Virus record (IMG/VR): IMGVR_UViG_3300011271_000003
Coordinates: 1 to 64,000 of that record
DNA length: 64,000 bases
Origin: a virus
Direction: 5' to 3' (one strand)
The position numbers were made by a program, and so were the translations under genes. The first letter of the stretch is position 1. Each line of letters opens with the position of its first letter. Shown here one piece after another: positions 21,426-31,222 of this stretch. The notes beneath the pieces were generated by a model, which had not been told where the DNA came from, did not search any database, and was given only the letters and a program-made list of their open reading frames with translations.

Positions 21426-22205
21426 TTACCTCCCGTTGATCCTACTCAGAAACTCCTGTTTGGCTGTTTTGTCGTGGTCAGCGAAGACGCCCCGCATTGC
21501 GGCAGTGTACGTCCTAGTCCCTGTGGCCTGAACTCCACGGATTGACATACAGGTATGCTCTGCTTCCATCGCGACAGCTACACCTAGTGGCGTCAACTTC
21601 TCTTCGAGACCGTCAGCTATCTCTGTCGTCAGTTCTTCCTGCGTACTAAGGCTTGCCGCACACTGCAGGACGTAGCGCGGGATCTTGCTGAGCCCTGCTA
21701 GCTTACCGTTTGGGATATAAGCTACGTGTGCTACACCTGTATACGGCAGTACGTGGTGTCTACACAGGGAAGCAAACCGAATGTCAGCGACTACTACCAT
21801 CTCGTCTGATGTCGTGTCGAAAGTTGTGAACTCCCAGCTTGTATCTGGCGTCGTCAACTCTTTGATCGCTTGCGCCATTCGCTTCGGAGTGTCCCGCTCC
21901 TGTGGATCTTCTATGTTTAGGTTCGCGCACACTTCCAGAAAGTACTGGATACAGTCAGTCGGATATCTGTGCTCTTCGTGATACTTTCTAGCGTCGTACG
22001 CGTCTACGATCTGCGACGTTGGATCGAACGCAGGCGTAAGGATGTCTTTGTTGAAAACGGTGCAGGCCCCGCAGAAGGCGGCTTCACCGTGTACACACCT
22101 CGTATCCTCGTCTTCGCCTGTAGGATGTCGCGGCGTGTAGTGGAACTTCCCGGTACCGAAACCGTACATCGGCACAGGCACTTCATGGTACGGAGGGGGC
22201 ATCAT
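21426..22205 (-). CDS. folE: GTP cyclohydrolase I
   Basis: DTPKRMA, SLCRHHVLP, GLSKIPR, QEELT, AEHTCMSIRGV. Confidence 0.93.
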   Translation of the reverse strand: MMPPPYHEVPVPMYGFGTGKFHYTPRHPTGEDEDTRCVHGEAAFCGACTVFNKDILTPAFDPTSQIVDAYDARKYHEEHRYPTDCIQYFLEVCANLNIEDPQERDTPKRMAQAIKELTTPDTSWEFTTFDTTSDEMVVVADIRFASLCRHHVLPYTGVAHVAYIPNGKLAGLSKIPRYVLQCAASLSTQEELTTEIADGLEEKLTPLGVAVAMEAEHTCMSIRGVQATGTRTYTAAMRGVFADHDKTAKQEFLSRINGR

Positions 22206-22522
22206 CGCTCCATCGCTGAGATGTCGATCAGAGCGGCCAGCATCTTGTCGACGCGGACTCTTTCCTGATCATAGTCTTTCCTAAGCGCCCGTGTATCTTC
22301 ATGACCTTCAAGTAGTGTCTGAAATGCTTCAGCTACGACATACGCGATCTCATAGCTGAAGACGTATGCGGCTGGTGACTCACAGCCAGGTGCGACTTTC
22401 TCCCACGAGCTTGCGCCGTCTTCGACTCGAAGACCTAGCCGAGAGCCGTCGTCCGAGCGGTGGATGACGTGGACGAAGACCTGGCCTCTCGCAGGGTCTT
22501 CCCTTACAAATGCCTTGATCAT
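22202..22522 (-). CDS. Hypothetical protein
   Basis: ATG overlapping the queE stop; tiled ORF. Confidence 0.55.
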   Translation of the reverse strand: MIKAFVREDPARGQVFVHVIHRSDDGSRLGLRVEDGASSWEKVAPGCESPAAYVFSYEIAYVVAEAFQTLLEGHEDTRALRKDYDQERVRVDKMLAALIDISAMER

Positions 22523-23270
22523 CGCTTCCTCTCGTTTCCCCAGAGTAGTACGTGCTGTCGAAGTGAGAGACCGTAACCTCGAGCGAGTGTCTCCTTTACG
22601 AGTATCTTGCCCCTGTAGATTTGTCCTTTTGAGGTAGTGCCCTCGGGCATGATCATAACGCAGCAAGGCTGGATGTTACACTCCTTTACGATCTGGTCGA
22701 TTTCGTCGAAGTCGCTGCTGCGAGATACAACGAACTTGAAGTAGGCGCCGCAGAGGTGCAGGTGTCGTAGCACTGCTGGTTTGTATCGCTTGCTACGTAC
22801 GTTACCACTGTTTTCCAGCTTAGGGGAGACGACGAACTGGCTCACGTGGAAACGGAATTCGGATAGCGGCATAATGGTGCCTGCAGTCTCGATATGCCTT
22901 GTACATCCGAGTTCCTGGAGGAGGCGCAGCAGGGGCAGAAGTGCAGACTGCTGCATCATGGGCTCGCCGCCGCTAATTATGATCTTCGTCGGCTTGTTGT
23001 CGATATCCCACAAATTGCGCAGGTGATCTACCACCTCGTCTGCCCCCATCTCGTGACACTCTTCGGCTTTGTCAGACAGAATTGGAATTAGGAGCTTGTC
23101 TGCCTTAGCTTGTGTGACAGCCCAGGTGTAGTGCGTGTCGCACCAGGTGCACTCTAGGTTGCATCCGAAAAGCCTGACGAAGAGGCAGTGCTGTCCCGTG
23201 TAAGGACCTTCGCCCTGCCTAATTGAATAGTCGGACCGAAGATTTCGTTCACCTTCAGGAGACTATTCAT
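22519..23270 (-). CDS. queE: 7-carboxy-7-deazaguanine synthase (radical SAM); frame interrupted by an 8-nt insert at 23215-23222
   Basis: MNSLLKVNEIFGPTIQ in one frame, then GEGPYTG..FVRLFGCNLECTWCDT..ISGGEPM..IETAG..VSPKL in another; AAGGAGG RBS. Confidence 0.88.
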
Positions 23271-23284
23271 AAGACATCACCTCC

Positions 23285-23794
23285 TTAAATGTGGCGCCAG
23301 GTTCGGCGCTTGACGATGCTTGATATGCATGTCTCGGTTACTTGGAACCTTCGGGCTAGGTTACTGATTGGCCACTTACCCTCGTGCAGTCTCCGAATCT
23401 CAAGAACACTTTCTTCGGTCAGCTTTGCTCGCGGATGCGTTTCTCCTAGCAGAAGTGTCCCGTCGCGCCGTCTATCTTCCCCGTTATTCTTGCTGTACGT
23501 TCCCCATACCAGATTTGGAAGAGAGTCGTCTAGAGGGCCTAGAGGTCCGTGGCAGGGAATTTGTCCCTTAGGCCGTGCGCACACGAATGCCTCTAGAACT
23601 AGAACGGCAACTTTACAGTTCTTGCTGCGTCCATTACGCGTAAGGGAAACTATATAATTGCTCCATGTCTGGTTCTTGTGAATCTTACACTTGGAGAGTA
23701 TCTTTCCGTCTAGGTTCCTCACATCACCTTGGTCGGAGACCTCGTAGAGGTCCTCGTAATCTACCACGGGCAGCCAGTGTGCGATGTTAGTCAT
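23285..23794 (-). mobile_element. Free-standing NUMOD4-HNH homing endonuclease
   Basis: W.PVVDYEDLYEVSDQGDVR (NUMOD4); LVLEAFV...CH...NLVWGT...N; C-terminal HTH. Confidence 0.85.
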
Positions 23795-23838
23795 GACGGC
23801 TGAATTGTCGGTCCGAATATCTCATTAACTTGCAGCAT
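23791..23838 (-). pseudogene. Duplicate queE N-terminus (MLQVNEIFGPTIQPS*) upstream of the HNH gene
   Basis: GGAGG RBS plus a 15-aa peptide matching the QueE start; its TGA overlaps the HNH ATG. Confidence 0.8.
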
Positions 23839-23840
23839 GT

Positions 23841-24296
23841 TCACCTCCCTGGCCGCGCTACATGGATCGGCTCGTCTAGCGACTTCACGGTTGCTGCGTT
23901 GACTGCCGTCTCATGCACGGTGACGCGTACTGGTAGCTCGAACTCGTTCTCAGCCCAGGCGCAGATCCACCTAGCGATATTTTCTGTCGTGGGGTCATCC
24001 GGTACGCAGGTCAGGCCTGGCAGGTGGTCGTCCTGCTCCTCGATCCCCATAAAGCAGGTCCAGGGGTCGTCCTTGTTCAGCAGGAGGTGGTGGTCGTAGG
24101 TTGAGTTAAGGTAGTGTCGGAACGCTGCCTTCGCAGCCCCGAACTCGATACCGCCCAGGATTCCTTCCTCGTCGATCTCCCCGTAGATTGTGAGCTCAAC
24201 CCACATAGAGTGCCCATGTATGTTCTTGCACTTACCAGCCGTCATAGTTAGTCTATGCGCGACTTCTATGTTGTGCCGAATTGTTATGCTAGGCAT
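23841..24296 (-). CDS. queD: 6-carboxy-5,6,7,8-tetrahydropterin synthase
   Basis: AHRL, CKNIHGHS, DH..LN, PTTENIA, VHET. Confidence 0.92.
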   Translation of the reverse strand: MPSITIRHNIEVAHRLTMTAGKCKNIHGHSMWVELTIYGEIDEEGILGGIEFGAAKAAFRHYLNSTYDHHLLLNKDDPWTCFMGIEEQDDHLPGLTCVPDDPTTENIARWICAWAENEFELPVRVTVHETAVNAATVKSLDEPIHVARPGR

Positions 24297-24929
24297 CCGT
24301 CCTCCCTTGGGTCTTGCGCTTGATCTCCTCTAGAATCGGGATTGGCCTTCGTTCGTGGCCGTGTGGGACAAAACCTGAATCGTGCAGGACATACTCTGGT
24401 GGTTTTCCTTCTAGGAGGTTGCAGAACTCGTCCGCCCACATCTGCGATGCCATCTGATGCTCTGCCGTGACGAGGTTCTTATCGCGCGTGAGAGCGACTG
24501 TTTGCAAGATTGCACCTGCACGCTTGAGAAGGTCTCGGGACCTGACTAGCGGAAAGAACGAGACCTTCTTGCCTCTTGCAACGTTGCGTATTGCTGGGAC
24601 TGAACAACAGATGGCTGCTATTGCAAGATCAGCCGCGTTGGCGTTGTCGAAGACAGTCTGTACTCGCCTGTAGTTCCAGTAGTTCTCGGTGTCCGCCATG
24701 TTGCCGGACACAATCATGACTCCCTGGTACCTCGCCATGTCGTAGGGATCTATGTCGTCTACAAGTAGAGTGATTTTGTTCGGCTGCATAGTGATCTCGT
24801 CCTGGATAATGTAGTCCGTAGAGACGAGGTCAAACGTGTGGCCACGATTCTGGATGACACCAAGGGCCGTCCAGAGTTCATGTCCACTAAATTATAGCGA
24901 CGGGCGCATATAACTAGAACGCGTGTCAC
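24289..24929 (-). CDS. DJ-1/PfpI (class I glutamine amidotransferase-like) protein; frame interrupted by a 5-nt insert at 24886-24890
   Basis: MTRVLVICARRYN, then GHELWTALG... in another frame; GVMIVSG, IAAICCS, DKNLVTA motifs. Confidence 0.75.
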
Positions 24930-24931
24930 TA

Positions 24932-25426
24932 CTAAACCACCGCCCTTCGGTTAATACCTTTTCTGCTCCGGAGCTCAGGTGGTGTCTCCCAAATGTTGAC
25001 GGCCTGAGTTACGGGGCGTGCATGAATTAGACAGAGCTTCTTGTGACACGAATGTGCCAGAACTAGTCCTTCAGGTACTGGTCCGTTATGTGCCACCCAC
25101 CAAAGTACATGAACAGGCTGGCTATTGTAGAGCCCATAGCCTTTCTTATGTACAGCGCCAGTCCACATTCTGCAGCCAGCCTTGTCTATGCGTGAATCAG
25201 CCATAAGGATGGCTATCATTGCTGGACCGTTTTCTAGTGCTAGGCGCGCTGTCTTTTGCTGCGAACTTCTTGCGTTTCCTGACATACAACTTCTACACCA
25301 GGAGTGTCGACCGTCTCTGCGGCCGCTTCCTCGTGGGAAGTCCTTGAACTTCTTCATCTCTCCGCATTTGGTGCATGCGGTTTGTATACCTGACGCAACA
25401 TCTTCTAGGTATACATCGCGAGTCAT
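24932..25426 (-). mobile_element. Free-standing HNH endonuclease with N-terminal zinc finger
   Basis: CTKC...DGRHSWCRSC; CRMWTG..GYG..VH...GPVPEGLVLAHSC..LC..H..VTQAVN. Confidence 0.8.
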
Positions 25427-25842
25427 TACTTCGTGACCTGGTTCTTTTCTACGCCGAAGCGATCTATTACTTCGGCGGCGTCGATTACAGGTGCATCAGT
25501 GATGTTCACTGGTGCCTTACCTACAATGTCGCCACTGTGTGGCACTTTGGCGATGTTGTTGTATAGCGGGTTCGGCAGCCCCGTCTCCTCGTCTACGTCC
25601 GTTCTGGCTGCGTATATCTCGCCCTGCCTGTTGAAGATCCGAATTGGTAGATTGTGACTTCTGATGTACGCTCCGAGGCAGGAATTAAGACTTTGCAGTC
25701 CCTGCTGGATACCTGTGCGGTCTAGCTGTGCGACTACGAGTCCTGTTTCCAGGAAGGTCTTCAGAAGAGGATAGCTTACACGGCCTCTGTGTGATTCGCG
25801 AAAGTTGGGAATCTCATCTGGGGCGACTGCCTTCCACTTCAT
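25426..25842 (-). CDS. Hypothetical protein, first gene after promoter
   Basis: ATG after GAGG, directly downstream of a predicted promoter. Confidence 0.6.
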   Translation of the reverse strand: MKWKAVAPDEIPNFRESHRGRVSYPLLKTFLETGLVVAQLDRTGIQQGLQSLNSCLGAYIRSHNLPIRIFNRQGEIYAARTDVDEETGLPNPLYNNIAKVPHSGDIVGKAPVNITDAPVIDAAEVIDRFGVEKNQVTK

Positions 25843-25882
25843 GGCGAGTCCTCTCTCTCTTGTGGTTTGTTGTTCACCTCTT

Positions 25883-25911
25883 ATTGTATAATTGGTGAAG
25901 ATGAAATTCAA
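25883..25911 (-). promoter_or_regulatory. Sigma70/HrdB-type promoter TTGAAT-N17-TACAAT
   Basis: Near-consensus hexamers in an AT-rich intergenic gap upstream of the modification cluster. Confidence 0.7.
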
Positions 25912-26185
25912 GTGTTTAAACACGGCAAAGTTTTAACCACTTAAAGATTCCTGTCTAGGGATGATGGCTGGCTACTGCCGCTCTACGCTGCCTGTGCTCC
26001 AGATGTGCTGCTCCATGTACAGGTCGAATCGATCAGCTAGGACGTAAAACTCGTTTCTGGTAAGTACGATACTTTGACAGCGAAGCTTCTCGTCAGGTTC
26101 GTCCTCGCGGACGACGCTAGCTTCTACTTCGATCCAGTCTGTACCTGCTTCGTCGAGAGTGCACGCTTCCAACGTCACTCTCGAC

Positions 26186-27817
26186 TTAGGCCTCACGCTG
26201 AGGTCCCTCAGCTACTGCTTCCTTCCAGAACTCCGTGTCTGCATACTGTGTCTTGTCCCAGTTTTTAGGCGCCTTGGTTACGCTAGCGATCGCCTCTAGT
26301 CTCTCGACACAGGTTCCGCACCTGCCACAGTGAATTTCGTTGCCTCTGTAACAACTCCAGGTCAGCTCGAGAGGTACGCCCCGGCGGTACGCCTCGGCAG
26401 CTATGTCGTCTTTGGAGAGGTGGATGAAGGGGACGAGGATTTCGAAGTTAGGCCGAATGAATCCCTCGTTGCCCCACTGCAGCGTCTCTAGCACTGAGTG
26501 CATGAAGATAGGTCTGCAGTCTGGATACTGATAGTGGTCGCCGGCGTGCATACCGGCTGCGACATAACGGTACTTCGCGTTGACTGCAACAGCTGCAGCG
26601 ATCGAGAACATCATCATGTTCCGGTTAGGTACTACGGTAATGGCCATGTTGTCGGCACTGTTATGCGACAAGTAGCCGTCTGCGATGAGAGTACTTGTGC
26701 TGGTCCCTAGTGCTACGACAGCGCGGTTGCCTACAGGTTCGACGGATACCACTCTGACTGGACGAGTGCGCGAGCCTGCTATCCATCGTCCCTCCCAGAG
26801 ACGACGGGCGCTCTGCCTGAAACGTGTTGGCTGGAACATTCCAACGAACCGCAGAGCCGTCTGCTCACCTTCTAGGCGGAATCGGAGACACTCTGTTTTT
26901 GTCTCCTTTGTGTTCTTGAAGCCCTCGCTTGGTTGGAATCCGAACTTCTTGAGTGCAACCTTGACGCGCTCAAGAGTCTCTCCAGGATTCTGCGAGAATT
27001 GGAAGTTCGTGTCATGCAGGGTGGCTTCGCCATCCATGAAGCCTGCAAGGTATCCGGCGTCACTATCAGTTTGTACTTCCCAAGGGTTCAGGTAGAGCGA
27101 AAGCGTGTCACCGGGCATGAGTCCTAGAGAGTGTCCACTAGGACCTGAGGTAACCGTTGGGTCGTACGTTTTGCGCCACCTACGCCCTGTAGCCAGACCA
27201 CCGCCGCTACGTCCTCTTCTAGCTACCCAAAGGTGGTCGTAGCTAGCTACGACCTCTTGTCCCGTCTCTAGTACTATGCGAGCACAGGGCAGAACCTTAA
27301 CGCTGGTTGCCGTTACTGTCGATTCCTGCAGCTTCGAAGCTGGTTTGCCCTGTTGTCCTGAGCGTAGCTCTTCATCGAAGCCTACGACCTTGTCTCCTAC
27401 TGCTAGGTCTTCGATATTGCGCCACACAAGGTCAGTGCATAGTACCTTCGTGCCTGGTGCTAGACAGTAGTGACCTTCCGGAACTTCAATTCGGGAATGC
27501 ACCGTAGCAGTGTTGCGGTCCAACACCGTAGGCTGCGGAGGCGAGGTGAGAGCGGAGTTGCTGATCAGATCGGTAATACTGGACAGGTCGATCCGCGACC
27601 ACCGGAGCCCCAAGCGTTCCGCGGTCCACAGGGCGTATTGGAGCTCCTTCAGGTGCCTCTGGCCGTAGTCGAACGAAAGGAGGTGCGGGCGCTTTCCGAG
27701 ATGTACGAGGTGGTAGGCCGTGGTAATGCTGTCCAGTCCGCCTGAGACAATGGCGACACCATCGCTCTTGTCGTTCTCCCAATCAGGCTCGTACCTAGAA
27801 ACAAGCTCTGTTCCCAT
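26186..27817 (-). CDS. queC: 7-cyano-7-deazaguanine synthase, intein-containing
   Basis: SGGLDS, SFDYGQRH..E, VPNRN, YPDCRP, TWSCY...HCGRCGTC.ER; AAAGGAG RBS. Confidence 0.95.
   Translation of the reverse strand: MGTELVSRYEPDWENDKSDGVAIVSGGLDSITTAYHLVHLGKRPHLLSFDYGQRHLKELQYALWTAERLGLRWSRIDLSSITDLISNSALTSPPQPTVLDRNTATVHSRIEVPEGHYCLAPGTKVLCTDLVWRNIEDLAVGDKVVGFDEELRSGQQGKPASKLQESTVTATSVKVLPCARIVLETGQEVVASYDHLWVARRGRSGGGLATGRRWRKTYDPTVTSGPSGHSLGLMPGDTLSLYLNPWEVQTDSDAGYLAGFMDGEATLHDTNFQFSQNPGETLERVKVALKKFGFQPSEGFKNTKETKTECLRFRLEGEQTALRFVGMFQPTRFRQSARRLWEGRWIAGSRTRPVRVVSVEPVGNRAVVALGTSTSTLIADGYLSHNSADNMAITVVPNRNMMMFSIAAAVAVNAKYRYVAAGMHAGDHYQYPDCRPIFMHSVLETLQWGNEGFIRPNFEILVPFIHLSKDDIAAEAYRRGVPLELTWSCYRGNEIHCGRCGTCVERLEAIASVTKAPKNWDKTQYADTEFWKEAVAEGPQREA
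26660..27466 (-). mobile_element. Intein with LAGLIDADG endonuclease in QueC
   Basis: CLAPGT...YLAGFMDGEA...YLSHN followed by S. Confidence 0.92.
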
Positions 27818-28184
27818 TCTTTCTCCTTTGTAGTACCAGTTGTATGGTGACTCGTCTAGGCCTGCCTCAGGGCTCTCTAGCCGCCCAAGTGGCATGAGCG
27901 GTGTCGGCTTTACGTAGGTTCCTGGAATCGATTGGGGTCTCATGGTAGGTCTCCTCCTCCGTGATAGGCATCCGGCCCTTCCCACCAGGGCCTAGGACCG
28001 TCGTTGCCATAGCGACGGTACATGTAGTCACACATCCAGGCAATGCTGTCTACGACAGGCACTCCTGGTGCTGGGCCGCTAGGGTCCACGTGCGTGCCGT
28101 AATAGCGGCTGAAGCTGCGCTTGACCGCCAGAATATCTGCTAGAGGATCTGCGTCAGGCCTGTCCCATGGGAGATGCTCAGGCA

Positions 28185-30362
28185 TTACTGCTTCGCTACC
28201 TTTTCTGGCTGTGATAGTAGTGATTGGTAGATTTGCTGTCTACCGTGCTGTGTTACGTGTACTTGTCCGCGCTCCTCTAGTGTTCTGCCTATGAGAGTCA
28301 TTTCATGTGAGTTTAGATGGTACCGCTGCATGATGGCGGAGCGTGCCATGTGATCCGCTTTGTGAATGGCGCCAGCGATCAATTCGATCTTGTGCTCCAT
28401 CGGACCCTTACCGATGTTGACGACTATGTCTTGCGCGTGCCTCTTCCAGGTCTCACCGTAGTAGGTCGCCCTTATAATGTCCTCTTCTGTTACAACGAGC
28501 TGTCCTTCATTCCTAGTTCGGGCAGCTGCCATCAGCACCGCTGCCTTCAACATACTGAAGCCAAGCCTGGCGTACAGAGGAGTTAGGATGTCTCGGAAGT
28601 CTCCGGCGTCCATTCCCGTCTGCATCATTGTCTGATCGACTCGGTTGAACCTAGCCCAGGCTGCGTCTGTCAAAGATGCCTCGACCACTTTGTCCTGTGT
28701 GCCGACAATCTTGTCGCCCACTAGAACAGGTACTTGAGCTTTATAGCAGGCGTATATGTCACTCAGTTCCTCCTTGATCGTGTCCCGTGCGCCCCAGTTG
28801 CGTTCTGTAGGCGGCCCTAGCGGCTTCACCTTGCTGGGATCCGTTGTGGCTGTTACAAAGATAAATCTCGGAAGGAACCCGGATGATACATGCTCGAAGG
28901 TAACAAGGCTCTGCATGCGCGACTTGATACCGCCTGCGAAGATTATAAGTCGCGGATCCTTAACTCGCACCTCTTCCTTCCTAAGTCTCCGAATAACTGT
29001 CCTGCTATCGTAGAGCTGTGTGAAGAACTCTGGCATGCCTGCCATGTAGTCCTTCTTTGTCATCTGTTCCATCAGGCCAGTAAACTCGTCTCGAAAGAAG
29101 ATAGACACTTTCCCAGGCCTAGTTGACAGAGCAGTTGTAAGCCCCTCTATGCTTCCGTCTGTAGCCATGAGCAACGTATCGTCAACTTCCGTTATTAGGT
29201 CTATCACCAGGTTCATCGCGGTCGTCTTCCGGCTAATCGTAGTATCAGCCAGAATCATCAACCAAAGGTTCGGAATTAGTACGCCGAAGGAGGTAGGCAA
29301 GACGATTGATCCTGACAACAGGCTCGACAGCGCAATGAAGGCTCCGGCCTGATGGTACTGGATTGCTGCATCCCCTAGGGTCTTTGCCCAGGCTATATAT
29401 CGTTCTACGAATCCGGGACTCCCCTCTATGTCCTTTCTTTCCTGATCGGTAATCAGCTCTGGTTCTCCCTGAGAGGGCAGCTGACCTTGCTTCAGGTTCT
29501 GGGCGTGCATTGCGATAGCTCGGCAGACATCGCGCCAGAGTAGATCTGGTCTCTCCTGCCACTTGTTGCATTTGGCATCCCTCGCTACCTGGAAGATGTC
29601 GTTAGGTTCCATGCCCGCTTCCGCGCAAAGCATTTCCAACCTGAAGAGTCGCGTGCTTCTGTCACCTCCCTCGTCCGTCTGGTCGTGGAACAGCGTTTGT
29701 GCTGATCCGGAAATTTTAAAGCGGTACCGCTCGACGATCTTGATCCCATCTTCAATTATCAGGTCGGAAGGGAACGGAATTGCCAAATGCTCATAGCCCT
29801 CGGCCTGTGGATATTGTGCGAAGTCGGAGGGCCGGTATCGGACATCGTTCTCTTCTACGACTTTTACTTCAGGGGCAGATGGACCGTCACCATACTTGAA
29901 GTTCCGTGTCCCGGGGATGCGTAGCAGTTGAGTGAGGTCCCAGCCGGAGCGATCGGCCCCTTCTTCGGAATGGTAGTAAGCCACGCGTCGGGCGATACTT
30001 TCACCCTCTGTAGGGTCCCTAGCTTCGTCGAACGACCAAAAAGCCTGAAAGCGGTTAGGGCTCGTCTCGAGCGCGATGGTCGGTCGAACCAGTAGTACTC
30101 GAGGGTGACATGTATCCAAGTCTGCCCAGACACAGGTAGTTGCCACAACGTTAGTCTTAGTCCGCTGTGGTCCTGACAGCAGTTGAGGACAGAAGTAGAC
30201 GTTTCCGGTGTACTTGCTTCGCTCCACGAATTCATGCATGTCCTTCAGTTGGTCAGGGTATCTATAAAAGGTCTCCTTGAACACATCCTTCTTCTTGATC
30301 GCAATGCAGACGAATCCACGGTTTGTTCCGAAAATAACGTTGAAGAAGGTGGCAGCTCGCAT
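28185..30362 (-). CDS. DNA primase (RepB-like primase domain) fused to DUF3987-like helicase domain
   Basis: VWADLD, ETSPNRFQAFW, LLRIPGTRNFKY; C-terminal SRKTT and FRDEF motifs. Confidence 0.8.
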   Translation of the reverse strand: MRAATFFNVIFGTNRGFVCIAIKKKDVFKETFYRYPDQLKDMHEFVERSKYTGNVYFCPQLLSGPQRTKTNVVATTCVWADLDTCHPRVLLVRPTIALETSPNRFQAFWSFDEARDPTEGESIARRVAYYHSEEGADRSGWDLTQLLRIPGTRNFKYGDGPSAPEVKVVEENDVRYRPSDFAQYPQAEGYEHLAIPFPSDLIIEDGIKIVERYRFKISGSAQTLFHDQTDEGGDRSTRLFRLEMLCAEAGMEPNDIFQVARDAKCNKWQERPDLLWRDVCRAIAMHAQNLKQGQLPSQGEPELITDQERKDIEGSPGFVERYIAWAKTLGDAAIQYHQAGAFIALSSLLSGSIVLPTSFGVLIPNLWLMILADTTISRKTTAMNLVIDLITEVDDTLLMATDGSIEGLTTALSTRPGKVSIFFRDEFTGLMEQMTKKDYMAGMPEFFTQLYDSRTVIRRLRKEEVRVKDPRLIIFAGGIKSRMQSLVTFEHVSSGFLPRFIFVTATTDPSKVKPLGPPTERNWGARDTIKEELSDIYACYKAQVPVLVGDKIVGTQDKVVEASLTDAAWARFNRVDQTMMQTGMDAGDFRDILTPLYARLGFSMLKAAVLMAAARTRNEGQLVVTEEDIIRATYYGETWKRHAQDIVVNIGKGPMEHKIELIAGAIHKADHMARSAIMQRYHLNSHEMTLIGRTLEERGQVHVTQHGRQQIYQSLLSQPEKVAKQ

Positions 30363-30605
30363 AAGCCCTGCTCCTCTAGAAGATGGGCCGCCGTTCCACC
30401 CTGTGCCCGCCGTTCCGGTGCACTTGAGCTATGTACTCCCTTCTGTACCTGCGAGTAGTAATGGGATCGGTTACTGTTACCTCGGTCTCGGTGAATCTGT
30501 GTGTGAATGAACATCCGTTGATGCCGCACCGGATCTTAACGAATCCTTGGTTAGATTCTGAGGTTGTTGTTGTGCGTCCGGGCACTCTTTCCTCCGTTAT
30601 GTGCA

Positions 30606-31193
30606 TCAGCGTGTCCGGTTATACTTGTTAAAGCTGATGAAGTCTTCCCAGTCGGCTGGCGTGGTTGCTGGCATGATGTGTGTAGACGGGTATCTCAGTC
30701 CTGCCTTGTTGTAGCCCCAGGCTGCTAGTGAGCTGCACACTACATGACCTGGTACTTGATTGCCCCATCTCTCCCGGTTAGGAAAGATATCTTCGATATG
30801 GAGAGCTGCTGCAGCGTCACTTGCAATGGCATCCCAGTCGTAGCGGGTGCCGACTGCTGCCGTCATTGCGGCACAGATAGTAGCTCGCTGTGCGTCAGTC
30901 TTTGGCTGACGGATGTTGTTGACTGTCCAGCGGCTGTCCAGGTACCTGCGCATGTCTATCTCACCAGTGCCGCCTGGTCGTCCTTCGATGCCCCAGAATA
31001 TTTCCTTGGTTGTACCTGGATCGGTGTAGTGATGTGCGATAATGACGTGGTTGTCTAGGCTAGGTTCGCCCTGTAGAATGGCGCCTATTCTAATTAGCTT
31101 GGATGCCCAGCCATTTGTCTGTACGACAAGTACGTCGCCTGGCCCTACTGCAGCTGTTGGTCGCCTATCGTACTGTCCTGGAACTCCTGACAT
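30606..31193 (-). CDS. Permuted papain-like NlpC/P60 (YiiX/YebB-like) protein
   Basis: PGDVLV, NHV, G.RYDW and VCSSLAAWGY. Confidence 0.75.
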   Translation of the reverse strand: MSGVPGQYDRRPTAAVGPGDVLVVQTNGWASKLIRIGAILQGEPSLDNHVIIAHHYTDPGTTKEIFWGIEGRPGGTGEIDMRRYLDSRWTVNNIRQPKTDAQRATICAAMTAAVGTRYDWDAIASDAAAALHIEDIFPNRERWGNQVPGHVVCSSLAAWGYNKAGLRYPSTHIMPATTPADWEDFISFNKYNRTR

Positions 31194-31222
31194 GTAACTT
31201 CCTTTCGCTGATGCCTCATAGA

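Noticed and set aside
23218-23802. Group I intron in queE (upstream exon ends in U, segment ends in G)
   Set aside because: Almost all of the ~590 nt is the HNH ORF plus a second RBS and duplicated queE start, leaving no room for a ribozyme core. Only RT-PCR can exclude it fully.
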